Assembly (NCBI GenBank): GCA_043228905.1
Contig: JBHGNT010000010.1
Coordinates: 15,810,001 to 15,874,000, forward strand
Direction of reading: 5' to 3'
Length of the DNA: 64,000 nucleotides
Origin: Azolla caroliniana
Lineage: Eukaryota; Plantae; Polypodiophyta
Shown here: positions 21,559 to 33,300 of the stretch, in pieces
How the letters are laid out: the number at the start of each line of letters is the position of its first letter
Position numbering within the stretch: the first letter of the stretch is position 1
Translations under genes and position numbers: made by a program
The notes under the pieces: generated by a model
What the model saw: only the letters and a program-made list of their open reading frames with translations
What the model was told of the DNA's origin: nothing
Database searches by the model: none

Positions 21559-21815
21559 CCGTGACCCTTCATATGTTGGACTAAGTCTAAGTCCATTCAT
21601 TCCTTTCTTATCAAAACTAAATATAAATCCATAAATACTCCCACTTAATACTATATTCTTTTTATATCCCACCCCTATAATCCCCCTCTTCTTCGAGCCC
21701 ACCCGCACCTATCACTTATCATATACATACATATAACCCCCCTCTAGCCCACTTGCACTTATCAACCTTTTGCCTATCACAATTCCTGGTTTCCCTCTCT
21801 CCCCTCATTAACTCC

Positions 21816-21876
<61 letters not shown>

Positions 21877-22189
21877 CCCCTATATAAACCTACCCTCTTG
21901 TTGTAAATGACCTTGACATTGATGAGCTCTACCTAGAGCGAAACTAGTTTGCACAAGGTCTTTCTAATGAAAATTTCTTAAGCTTTATTCTTTTTTTTCT
22001 CACTTAACTTACTCTTCTCTTCCTCTTTCATGTCATTCTCTCATTCTCTTTTACTCTTGTTCACCTCTAATATTACTCACCTTAGTTTCACTTGCATCAT
22101 TGCTTTATTTCTTTTCTTACTCTTCGCATATCATCTCAATAGTTGTGTTATTCGCTCGCACTCCTTGTCACGACGCTATCGTCACAACA
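21559..22189 (+). mobile_element. Probable 3' part of another LTR, interrupted by A and itself interrupting copia E
   Basis: CT microsatellite, TATATAAA near 21,881, ends CACAACA and abuts copia protease-region coding DNA. No partner LTR or TSD is visible. Confidence 0.45.
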
Positions 22190-22199
22190 AGCATTATTT

Positions 22200-23197
22200 T
22201 CCAGAAATGAGAACCACTATTCGTGGCTCGTCATGTGGTTAGATGCTCCGGAGTCAACGTACCACACCTCCAATCCGGAAGTGGTCTCTTCATTGAGTTC
22301 GCCTTGTGCTTCACCACGAAGGCTGGCCCTTTTCCGATCTTTTCGGTTCCGTATCCTTCCGATCCTTCTGCGTAGTGCGAGCTTTGTCGGTTCCCTTGTC
22401 CAGCCTTGCCGGATCCGCATTTATCCGTATCGGCGTGCTTCTTCCAGCACTTGCTTTCCCAGTGGCATTTCGTTCCACAATACCAGCATTCCGTTTCGGT
22501 CTTTGATTGCCGGTTTCCGGCATTGCTTTGCATTGCATGCTGACCCACCTCGTCTCCCATGCCCATATGGCCGATCCGCCTTTGTGTACAGCATCCGGTT
22601 GTACGATTGAGTGGTCCTTGACCCACTTGCATGGTTTTCTTCGACCATGAGCATCGATTGCGGGTCAAAGAAGGACGACGGCTTCTCCCTAGTGCAAATT
22701 GTCGTCCGAATTGGCCCATGTCGGTGTGCTAGATTACCGAGGCAGATCTGGACCATCTCGTCCTTGTCCACCATCATGTTGATGGACCCGAGTGCATCAC
22801 AGATCTCCTAGATCTTAGTGGTGTCATCGGTGACCGACATGTCCCATTGCCGGATACTATTGAGCTCTTGCCGAAGCTGCAACTTCCGAGCCATGGTACT
22901 TGCGGCGAAGATATTCTGGAAATTTTCCTAGGCCTCCTTCGATGATTTTGCATCTCTGATGTAGCCAAGCATTTGATCGTGCACACAAGACGCGAGGCAG
23001 TACAACACTTTGCTCGCTCCTTGCTCCCATACCGAGAAGTCATTGTGTGCCGAAACCGGCGCTGCTTCATTCGCTCCTTCAACGTAACTCCAATATCCAT
23101 GCCCCAACAGGTATTGGTGCATTTTATACGACCAGGACGCATAGTTGCTTTGGTCGAGCTTTTCTGTTGGAAGCAAGCTCGTCATGCTTCTGTCCAT
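22200..23197 (-). pseudogene. gag-protease remnant of copia E
   Basis: KLDQSNYASWSYKMHQYL, CWYCGTKCHWESKC and WYVDSGASNHMT in shifting frames with stops. Confidence 0.85.
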
Positions 23198-23567
23198 ACC
23201 TAACCTTTGTTTTCTGTTCTCTACCGGGTGTAAGGGTTTGTCTTCGGAAATCGCTTGTTGACTATAGAGGCTCTCAACCCTCGCACTCTAATACCATGTA
23301 AAAGTTAATATGCGGAAGCTTAGATAAACCGGCTCAGCTGGATAACAACAGTTAAATAGAAATGAAGATTTAATGGAAGCTTAAGAATACACGGGTCCAG
23401 AGACAGAGAGAGTAGAATAGCATAAGCTCAATTCAAAATAATAACGCTCTATACATACAATGTGCTCAGTGAGCACTTTTATACAAGTCCATCAAAAGGA
23501 CTTACAGAAGTACTGACAAGTATTTCAATGCTCATACGAGCAACTGACACTGACTCATAGAAATATG

Positions 23568-26500
23568 CATAGATTGAGATATTCGCATTCGTGGGGCCTC
23601 CCCCACGAATACCAACGAATACATATAAGAATATTTCTTCCAATATTCGTTAACTTTTTTTCCCCTAATTTTTTTTTTGAAAAAATGCATTTGATGAGTA
23701 GCGAATAGAGAAGAGCTCTACAGGGAATAGCAATGAGCAATCAACAGGGAACAACATCAAACATCGGCTCCTCGAAATTTAGGGTTCGACTCCGTCCTTT
23801 CCTCCTCCTGCGTAAGACATACACTCGGGCAAAACTCGATAAGACTGTCTCTCTTCTACATTTCCTCATACTTTGTGATGTTTGACGTCCCAACCTCCTT
23901 TCATATAATCTTCTATTTAAATTCTTATGTCTCTTGGTTGCTCAAATTTGACTAGTATTTCTTGATGCTTGTGTGTGTGGTTTAGGATTTAGGGTTTATA
24001 TTTGTGCTTTTTCAAAGTTATATGGAAAATTTCGTTGTTTGGCCCAAATGTGGTCATTATATAGTTACCTCAAATTCAAATCAATCCCCATTGCATATCT
24101 TGCTTTTGATAATTGTGTCTAGATAATGAATTTCTCCCCACCTATGCTTGGTAATGATGAAGAATCAGGATCATATGGAAATAACTCCATGGAATATGAA
24201 GATGTTAGGAGCTATGGTGATGAAAACATATTGAAAATAATTGCATGGATTATGAATATGCTATAGCCTATGGGTTTTTTTATCAATTGGGTCATTTAAT
24301 ATAGTGTATTTTGTTGCATAATTTAGTCATAGTATCCCGAGTAAATTGGTCGTGGAGGCATTCTATTTGAGACCTCTTTCTATATATTTCGTAAAGAAAA
24401 TTAGGGTTTGGGCAAAACTCGATAAGTCTCTCTTCTTAGTTGTCCAATAATCCATGATTTATTCATGCAATGATCATAAGATTAGATTTTAATTAGAGGC
24501 ATTGTAGGATCATCCAAACTTAATTAGATTTTAATTAGAGGCCGGATTAATGAAGATTTTGGATCAAAAGTCTCTTAAATTTTTTCCCTAAAAATTAGGG
24601 TCTCATTAAGTCTCTCTTCTCATCTCAATGTTGTCCAATCTTCTGTGATTTATTCATGCTAGCATTGTAGGATTATGCAATCATAATAAATTTTAATTAG
24701 AGGTAGGATTAATGAAGATTTTGGATAAGAAAGGTTTTAATTCATTTTTAGGTATCAAATTAATCTCTTTCAGGATCAGCTGAAGGTTAATTTACCAAAT
24801 GGTGAAACAAAAGAGCTTCGAATGGAATCATGTGGCCGTTTTGAGAAAACATGATAAGGGTATGCCTGTTGTTCAATGCAATCATTGTCACCATGTATTT
24901 GTTGGTGGCCCCTTTCGAATCAGAGCTCACTTGTTGGGCTTGGAAGGTTTAGGTGTTGACAAATGCCGTCAAATTGATGTTGTTATAAAAGTTGAAGTGC
25001 AAAAAATGGTATCTGGTTGTGCAAATGTTGACATGAATGATGAGTCATCAATGGAATGCAATGCTGAAAATTGTAGCACAAATGTTGATATGAATGTGGA
25101 ATCAACATCTATCAATGAAATGTCTTCATCATCGTTTGGTAATGCATCAACAAGTAAAAAGATGAAAGTAGACAATGTTGAACCTTTGAATATGTTATGG
25201 CAAAAGCAACTTGATAAAAATGCTGATGAAGCAATCATGAGGTTTTTTTTTGTAGAGGATATACCGGATGTAAAAGTGGGAAGTATATATTTTCGTGAAT
25301 TAATAAAAGTTGTGGCACTTGTTGGGCCATCTTATGAGCCACCATCTCCTTATCAATTGCGCAAAAGGCACTTGAATGAAGAGGTGAAATATGTTGAAAA
25401 TGAGATTATGCAAATTAGAGAAAAATGGAAAACTATTGGATGCACTGTTGTGAGCGATGGTTGGTCAGATACCAAGAATAGACCAATAATTAATGTCATG
25501 GCTACTTCTGCGTATGGCATTGTGTTTCTGAAATAAGTTGACACTAGTGGAGAATATCAATCGGGAGAGTATATCTTTAAGATTTTAAAGGATGTTATTC
25601 TTGATATTGGCCCATCAAATGGTGTATGGACAATGCAACTAATTGTGTAGTGGCTGGGAGGATGTTAGAGAAAGAGTGGCCCATGATCTTTTTTACCAGA
25701 TGCGCATGTCATTGCATCGATTTTTTGTTTGAAGATATTGGAAAATGTGCTTGGGTTCATGATGTTTTGAAATTAGCTACAAAGGTAATCGTGTTTATTA
25801 CACGAAAACAATATTATTTGGCAATGTTTTGTAAGTTTAGTGAGAAAGAATTGTTAAAGCCTTCCACTACTAGATTTGCCTATAGTTTTATCATGTTGTC
25901 AAACTTATTGGATGACAAAGTCAAAGGTGGATTAAGAAGAATGGTGGTTAGTGAACAATGGTGTCAATGGAAAGGATCAAAAACACAACTAGGAGAAGAA
26001 ATAGTTTCAATTGTACTTGATGCTTCTTTTTGGGCAAATATAAAGAAGATCGTAAAGATATGCAAGCCTATCCTAAAAGTTCTTAGATTGGCGGATAGAG
26101 AAGGTGCAACCATGGGTTTAATTTATGAATGTACTCATTGTATGATAGAAGAAATAAACCACATTGAAGATGTAGATCGTTTATTGCTTGATGAAATTTG
26201 GGGATGGACAATGCTACATTCACCATCACATGCAACTAGCTTTATTTTGCATCCAATTTGGAGAGAAAAAATTCAAGATATTGATGAGAAGCTGAACACA
26301 AGTTGGATGGAAACTATTATGCGGTATACTAATGGTGATATACCTTTATGTGGTATTTTATTAGATGAATTCTATGCTTATAAACTCAACAAAAGAGTTC
26401 ATTTCAAGTTCCTATGGCAAATGATCCAACTAGAATGCATGATGCAATTAAGTGGTGGGAAACATTTGGAGCAAGCACTCCAAACTTAAAAAGGCTTGCA

Positions 26501-27147
26501 ATTCGTGTGCTTTCTCAAGGTTCATGTGCATCTTCTTGTGAAAGAAATTGGAGTACATTCTCATCGATACATACAAAAAAAAGAAATAGATTGACTCATG
26601 CTCATGTTGAGAAATTGGTTTACATACATACAAATCATTGTCTCATTAGAAGAATAAAGGAAAGGGGATTATGCCTAATTGAAGCAACATTAGATATGAT
26701 CAACAAAGAAGAAGATGATGAGAGACTTTTGAGAATGCAAAATCAAGCTATTGATGAAAATGAAGCTCATAAGGACATTAGGGATGAGCTTGAAGATACG
26801 GATGATGAATGTGATAGTGCATAGACTCTTAAATTTCAAAGCATTACTTAGAAGTTAGAAGTTAGAAGCTAGAACCTAGAAATTAGAAATTAGAATATAA
26901 CGGCTCATAATCGCTTTAATTAAAACTTTTCTTTCTTATGTTAGTGTGATTTTGAAGACCTTCCATGTTTCTATTAATTGGTGATTTTTCCTATTCTTTT
27001 TAAGTGAATTGAATCATTTTTATTATGTAAATTTATTTTCAATAAACAAATGGTTTTATAATATTCTTGGAGCAATTTTATATTCTCGAATACTACGAAT
27101 ATTGCAGATGTCGAATACCACGCATATCACACATGGGTCAATCTATG
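23568..27147 (+). mobile_element. hAT DNA transposon (3,580 bp)
   Basis: TIRs CATAGATTGA / TCAATCTATG; perfect 8-bp TSD GAAATATG at 23,560-23,567 and 27,148-27,155. Confidence 0.93.
24799..26824 (+). pseudogene. hAT transposase (BED finger, DUF659-type core, C-terminal dimerisation domain), disrupted
   Basis: W-N-H..CNHC..HL..C; VVSDGWSD; MDNA; CACHC; TRF; WW..PNLKRLA..CERNWS. Stop at 25,536 and frameshifts. Confidence 0.9.
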
Positions 27148-28475
27148 GAAATATGCCTACATACTAGGCTAGATTCGTAGGCCTCTAACGGCCTACAAGT
27201 TACAATCTGATCTGGCTCTCCGATCTAGCTCCTGGTTCCGGATACCATTTGGACATCGATCCGGTTCTTCGTTCCGGACTCCGATCCGACTCTGGCTTGT
27301 TCAGTCAATCCGGATCCGGTTGAGCTTGTCCGCTCAACAAGTTTTAGCCTATATGAGAAGGTTAGCTACTCCCTTATGAAAGGAGGCTTGACCTATGTCA
27401 AGACTATGTCGGTGTAGCTATAACTCTTGTTTGCTACGCACATGTGATCCTAGTGGAAACCAATGGATGATCCACATCAACACTCAATTATATGAGACAT
27501 TGAAAGGTTCAAGTCTATCACATGCCATCGCTAGGGGGGGGTCATGTGATTTGACACCACTCTTTCCTTTCTTTGGTCTATAAATCCTTATATTTTGTTT
27601 ACTAATTAGTTATGTGTCAAAAATACGCACACTCTAATACAAGGGAATGATTGTTACAACACTTTGCCATATATATATATATATTCATGCCCAAGATGTC
27701 ATGATGTTATGTGTGTAGAGGGAGAAAAACATTAGAATATAATGTTTATGATAAGTTCGAGATCAAACTGCTTGAACAATAAGGTTAACGGTTCAAGCAT
27801 CGATAAGACTAATGATTGAAAAGTTGAGCTACAATGCACGCATGCACACACACACACATAATGAGCAAGAGGGCTCATTGTTGGGTTCGTTATTCCAGCC
27901 GTTAATTGAAGACTAGTCACCATGCCAAAACTCAACGATATCCCCTTGATATTCATCTTTATCTTGATGTCAGAGCCTATTTCAAAAGGTTAATTATTGT
28001 AAAGGATTTATACTATCTTCGTTTGATTTTTATCCTCCCTTCAATTTATTGTAAAATGTAGGAATTACATCTACGATAGTATTTTAACCTACTTGTATAT
28101 TTGAAAGAATTGTACACTAGGTGCTTGGTGCTTTGGGGTGAATAAGGATCATGGCAAAATTTCCAGCTCAAAAATCTGAGTACTAAGCGGAAAGTCTCAA
28201 ATTGGGCTAAAATTTGAGCGAGGCAAGATCTAAATGTACATTTTGAGTGAATGGCACTAATGTTGATCCACTTTCATGAGGTTTATAGGAAAAAAAAATT
28301 ACCTCAAGATTCTTAGCATTGGAGTGATTTTTATGGTAAAAAGGAATTTGATGAGAGATAGGAAAAGTTGACAACCTAAGCCCATTAATGTTAGAACTTA
28401 GACCTACAACTTCGTATTACTAAGCCTGGGCTCCACGTTTGGAGGCCTTTTTCCACTCTTCACATTATTCCCCTC

Positions 28476-29124
28476 TGAGGGCCAAACCTACAAGTTCGCA
28501 TTCGTGGAGGTTACCAAACGAATGCATATGAATGCATGAAAAAATATTCGTTAAAAAACAAAAAATTCATAAAGTTCCTACTTTTTAGTTTCATAGATAT
28601 ATCATATATCATATAACAAAGAGGACTTTGACAATAAGAAGGGGATATTTTACTTCACATTAAAAAGTAGGCTTAGGCTTAAACCCTAAACCCTAAACTT
28701 GAAAGTATTTGTTTTATTTTTTCATAAAACAATATAAATAAATAAAAGGTTCATTGATTTCCCATTTTTTACTCTCTCACAAAATTTGATATGTTTATCT
28801 AACATTAAAAATGGGACTCACACTAATAAAATTTTATAATTGATGTAAAACTTAAAAGTATTTGTTTTATTTTTCATAAAATAAATAAATAAATAAAGGT
28901 TCATTAATCCCCCACTTTTTACTCTCCCACAAAATTTGATAACATTAAAAATGGGACCTCACACTAATAATATTTTAATAATAGATGTAAAAAATTTATT
29001 TTTTTAAATAATAAATAAATAAACGAATGGTTCTGTAATATTCTGGGGGTCATTTTGTATTCTCAAATATTATGAACATTACAGATGGAGAATACCACGA
29101 ATATCATGCATGGGTCAATCTATG
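28476..29124. mobile_element. Non-autonomous hAT-derived remnant with an internal ~150-bp tandem duplication
   Basis: Right end ...CATGGGTCAATCTATG matches the hAT end at 27,147; TTCGCATTCGTGG matches its left subterminus. Duplicated unit about 28,702-28,854 and 28,855-28,995. Left TIR and TSD not recognisable. Confidence 0.6.
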
Positions 29125-30159
29125 CCTTCAACTAATGGAGTGGAAGGGGACTTTACATTCCTGAAATACTTCTCCCTCCCCTTCCTATGAAAATATGGGT
29201 TCATCCCATAGGATTTTAGTTTAAGACACACACATGCACACAAACTCCGACATGTACTTTTGTATATAACACAAAAATACACACAATTATTCAAAGACAA
29301 TGGGCACACATTGTACATATCCACTCATATTCACATAACACAACTATACAACAAACACTTACACATTCAACACACACACACAAACCTATACATACAAGTG
29401 TCAAGTACACTTACACGTGCATGCACGAATGCACGTAACACATTAAAAAACAAAAACTATTCATTACAAGCACATCCTCATAGTATGAACCATACGTACC
29501 ATACGTGCATTCCCAACCAAGAATGTTTCAATCATTCGAGTATGGTAAACACCCTTGAAGTATGGTAAATACCATACTTTTGTATTCAATATTTATTATA
29601 AAATTAAAAAAAATTAGGGTATGAATGTTAAGGTAAACAGTGTAATAAAAAAACATAAGAATGTTAAGAGAACATACGCATTCGTACAAAAAAGAATGTT
29701 TGCCAATGCATTCGAGTATATTACGTATTATGCATAGCATTGAAACGCAATCACTTAGAAGACGTACAAAACGTCACATGGTCCCTTATATATGCAGTGT
29801 GTGCACCCACAAAAGTGTACCATAAACGCAATGTGGAGGTTTTCCCAGAAGTCCACATTAAAATAGCAAGTCCTGCAAACCGCTCATGGACAAGCACCAT
29901 TATAGGGGCGCGAGCCATCTTTTCGTGGTTGAGGTGCCTGAGTGGTCCGGCTCAAGCCTTAACACGTGTGTGTGCGAATTGACGCGACAACAAACAACAA
30001 TAAACTGGAGGCCGATTGTGATATACGAGACAGACAGGGGCGACGGGTTTTACATATGGCATAGAAAGTTTAGTTCAATGAGACAGACAGACAGACAGAT
30101 GGGGGGGGGGTGATGGGTACAGATACGCGTAGCCGAAGAGTGCACGAAGAAAGTTTAGT

Positions 30160-30280
30160 CCAGGCCAGGTGTGAACACAAACCGCCCAAAGAATTTGTGC
30201 TTTTAAGGATTGACACTTTAGTTCACTCCAGGTGTGAACACACAAACCGCCCAAAGAATTTGTGTTTTTAAGGATTGACT
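30160..30280. repeat. ~63-bp direct duplication upstream of the kinase gene
   Basis: CCAGGTGTGAACAC(AC)AAACCGCCCAAAGAATTTGTGyTTTTAAGGATTGAC occurs twice, then GA/GACA microsatellite up to the ATG. Confidence 0.85.
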
Positions 30281-30390
30281 TACTCCATGACTCTGTTTCC
30301 TGGTCTGAAGAATAGAGAGACAGAGACAGAGACAGAGACAGAGACAGAGAGAGAGAGAGAGCGAGAGAGAGAGAGAGAGAGAGAGAGAGT

Positions 30391-33300
30391 ATGGCATATT
30401 CATGTTGCCCCCTCTCTCCCTCCGTACGCACCTCAAGCTCTGTTCATTGCGAGTTGCAGAAACAACAGCAAGAAGAAGATCAAGATCAAAGAGAAAGAGA
30501 TCAAAAAGAGAAGGAAAGAGGGATCCCTGATTCACCTGATACCATCCGATCCCAAATCTCCCTCACCACCCAACTCTTCTGGCACACTCGGAACGATGAC
30601 AAAGATGCCGTTTCTCGTCTTTTGCAACAGGATCAGAACCTTGTGTTTGCGCAGGACTACGATGGTCGTACGGCCCTGCATGTGGCTGCCTTCCGAGGAT
30701 GTATCGATGTTGCCACAATCCTTCTTGAACACCAAGCCCCCGTCAATGCGCAGGATCGGTGGGGGAATTCGGTAGGAGTGTTGTGTGTGTGTGTGTTTTC
30801 TTTAATGTTTTTATGTTTTGATTGAGAGAATCTGAATATGATCTCTGGAATGGGGCTAAGTCCATCGACACGTTAAAAAATTGGGCTTTCTCAAATTTAT
30901 GACTTTTATGCTAGAGTGTAAACTGCCTAGAAGACAGACAAGGAGAGAGAGAGAGAGAGAGAGGAGGGAGTCCTTGGAAACTTATTATCATTAACTATGG
31001 GATCCTAAAAATAATAATACAAGAGAATATCCTCTGTTATAGGCTGATGGAGAGGGGTATTATGTGGATCATGATTTTTACTTAAGATCACCCCTATGCT
31101 TAATAGGGAGCATATATATCAATGTCGCTTGGGCATACTGATATGGAATGTGCATGGTGTTTTTATGTTAATGTAAGAATTAACAATACAATATTCTAAG
31201 TACGGTAGGAAAAATGAAGCATACAAATATTCCAAAAATTAAGTTTCAATGGACTTGATAATCAATAAGATCGATTAGATTAATGTAAAAGGCAGAGAGG
31301 AAATTGAATTAGAGGAGAGTAATGAGCTCAAAATTAAGAATGTGGTTCTAGGAAAAGACTTGACAAAGAGAATGTGAAGAAGAAATAGCTGCAGGAAGAA
31401 TCTGGAAAAAATAGGATATGCAAGAAAAAATAGAACTGGGAAAAACATTTGGTATGATTGCCCCTGTGGTGCGGCCAGCATCTGAGGAAAAGGTATAACA
31501 GCGGTAAAACCGTATGTCCCATACCATCTGGCCTCACCCTTTGCTGTGATCTTGTTCTATCATGACCTCATTGGTACTCCACTAGCTTTGTTGCTAGTGA
31601 TGGTCATTATACATAAAGGAGGCTTGAGCCCCCTTTTTGTGATGGTGTTCACACTTGTTCCTTTTGGACACTGAACACTCATCCAACAGGCTGACTTTGT
31701 TCCTTTACAAACCGACTAAGAATGACACTTTCTTTGCATAGATCAGTTTTCGGATGTATGTGAGTAAGGTGAACTCACATATGAGGTTATGGTAATCAAT
31801 GAATGGGACCTTTTGTGAAAGTTATAGTTGATGGGTTAGATGCTGGTACGTTAATTGATTACATTGAAGAATTTGGAAGGGATAGGTTTTTATGGTCCAG
31901 ACTCCAGCCCAGCTAAGTCTAGGGTTCAGTGAATCCTTTTCTTGATAGAAAATGTTCTGGTTGTAATTTAAATGCTAAATGCTTAATTTTGGTTTGTTGT
32001 TTCTGTCAAATTTAGGCATTAGAAGGCTATGTCTTGGGACATATTGTAACTAGGGGATCAATTTTGCAAACTGAATGTCCTTTTGATCAGAACCAACCCA
32101 AGAGGAGGGCCTAAATATGATCATCAATACCTTGTGAAAAATAGCAAGTGTGTAAATGTTTAAAACAACTTGAAAGTAGAATATAGGATTGAAGTAGCTT
32201 CACCATAATGATGAAGCTGCAAATCGAGTCATGTAAAATCAAATCATGAGATGGAAGAATTTCACTCATGTAGTTGCAGTCAAATAGTCGAAAGAAATTG
32301 TTAAACCTTGATGCATGAAAACCTTGTTATATGTCATTTTTAAAAGTTAAAACTTCATCCTGGCATAGGAAAATCTCTCTTTCTCTCTTGCAAAATAAGA
32401 GGAGAATGGTATTTTTCCTTGTTATGAATTTACTCTAGTTGCATCATAATGGTAACATATATGTGGAAGCCACTAAGAAGTGTTCTCAATGCAGAAGGGA
32501 GATATAATTTACCATTTAACACATAATATTTTTCTGGGAAATTCACAGGTATAACTTTCTTGACCTTAAATATTTATGTACTGCAGCCTCTTGCAGATGC
32601 TGAAAATAGAGGACATGTAAAGATGATCGAACTTCTAAAGTCTAGAGGTGGTCGCATATTGGTGAGCACTTGAAATTATCTTCTTTTTTTCTTTCAAGGT
32701 GCAATTTTGTTTGATCATAAGTTTCCTGGCTCTTGTACATTACGTGTTCTAGTTTGTGATAAGAATATAATGCTATCTCCTCACTCACACAACATAATTG
32801 TGCTATAATCCTTTGAAAGAAAGTTAGGATTATTAGACAATCACCTTGTTTGAAATCACAGGTTTTTGTAGGTGTAAATTCATTTTCTTCATGAGAGAGA
32901 TTGCATACCAATTATTTTTATGTTCTTCATTTTTATACGCAAGAAAGTTTCTGAACACTGGCATTATTAATATAGCTGTTGTTTTGGTGGTTTATGTTGA
33001 TCTGATAAAGGGAACCCATGGTTCACGTTTGGGTGGAGAAGATGCAGTTCCACCTTTGCCCCAAAGGTGTGATTGGGAAATAGATCCAAATGAACTTGAT
33101 TTTTCCTCTAGTGTCATTATTGGAAAGGTTTGGACAAGATGGCCTTTCATTTAGTAAACCTTGATTTTAATATTTCATTGGCAAAGAATTTATGTGGTTG
33201 TTGCATGCAGGGTTCCTTTGGCGAGATTAGAAAAGCATTCTGGCGTGGAACTCCAGTTGCAGTTAAGAGAGTTCTGCCTTCTCTTTCAGATGATCAATTG

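Larger units (their letters stand above)
22190..27339 (-). mobile_element. Element E: 5' part of a degenerate Ty1/copia (LTR 23,297-27,339 split by a hAT)
   Basis: Decayed iMet PBS 23,285-23,296; LTR TGTTGAGC...TTTTACA on the minus strand; gag and protease remnants follow. Confidence 0.75.

Noticed and set aside
21574-22189. Complete solo LTR TGTTG...CAACA
   Set aside because: Flanks TCATA and AGCAT are not a TSD; the true start probably lies beyond element A.
28680-28698. Interstitial telomere
   Set aside because: Only about 2.5 AAACCCT units; compatible with a telo-box or chance.
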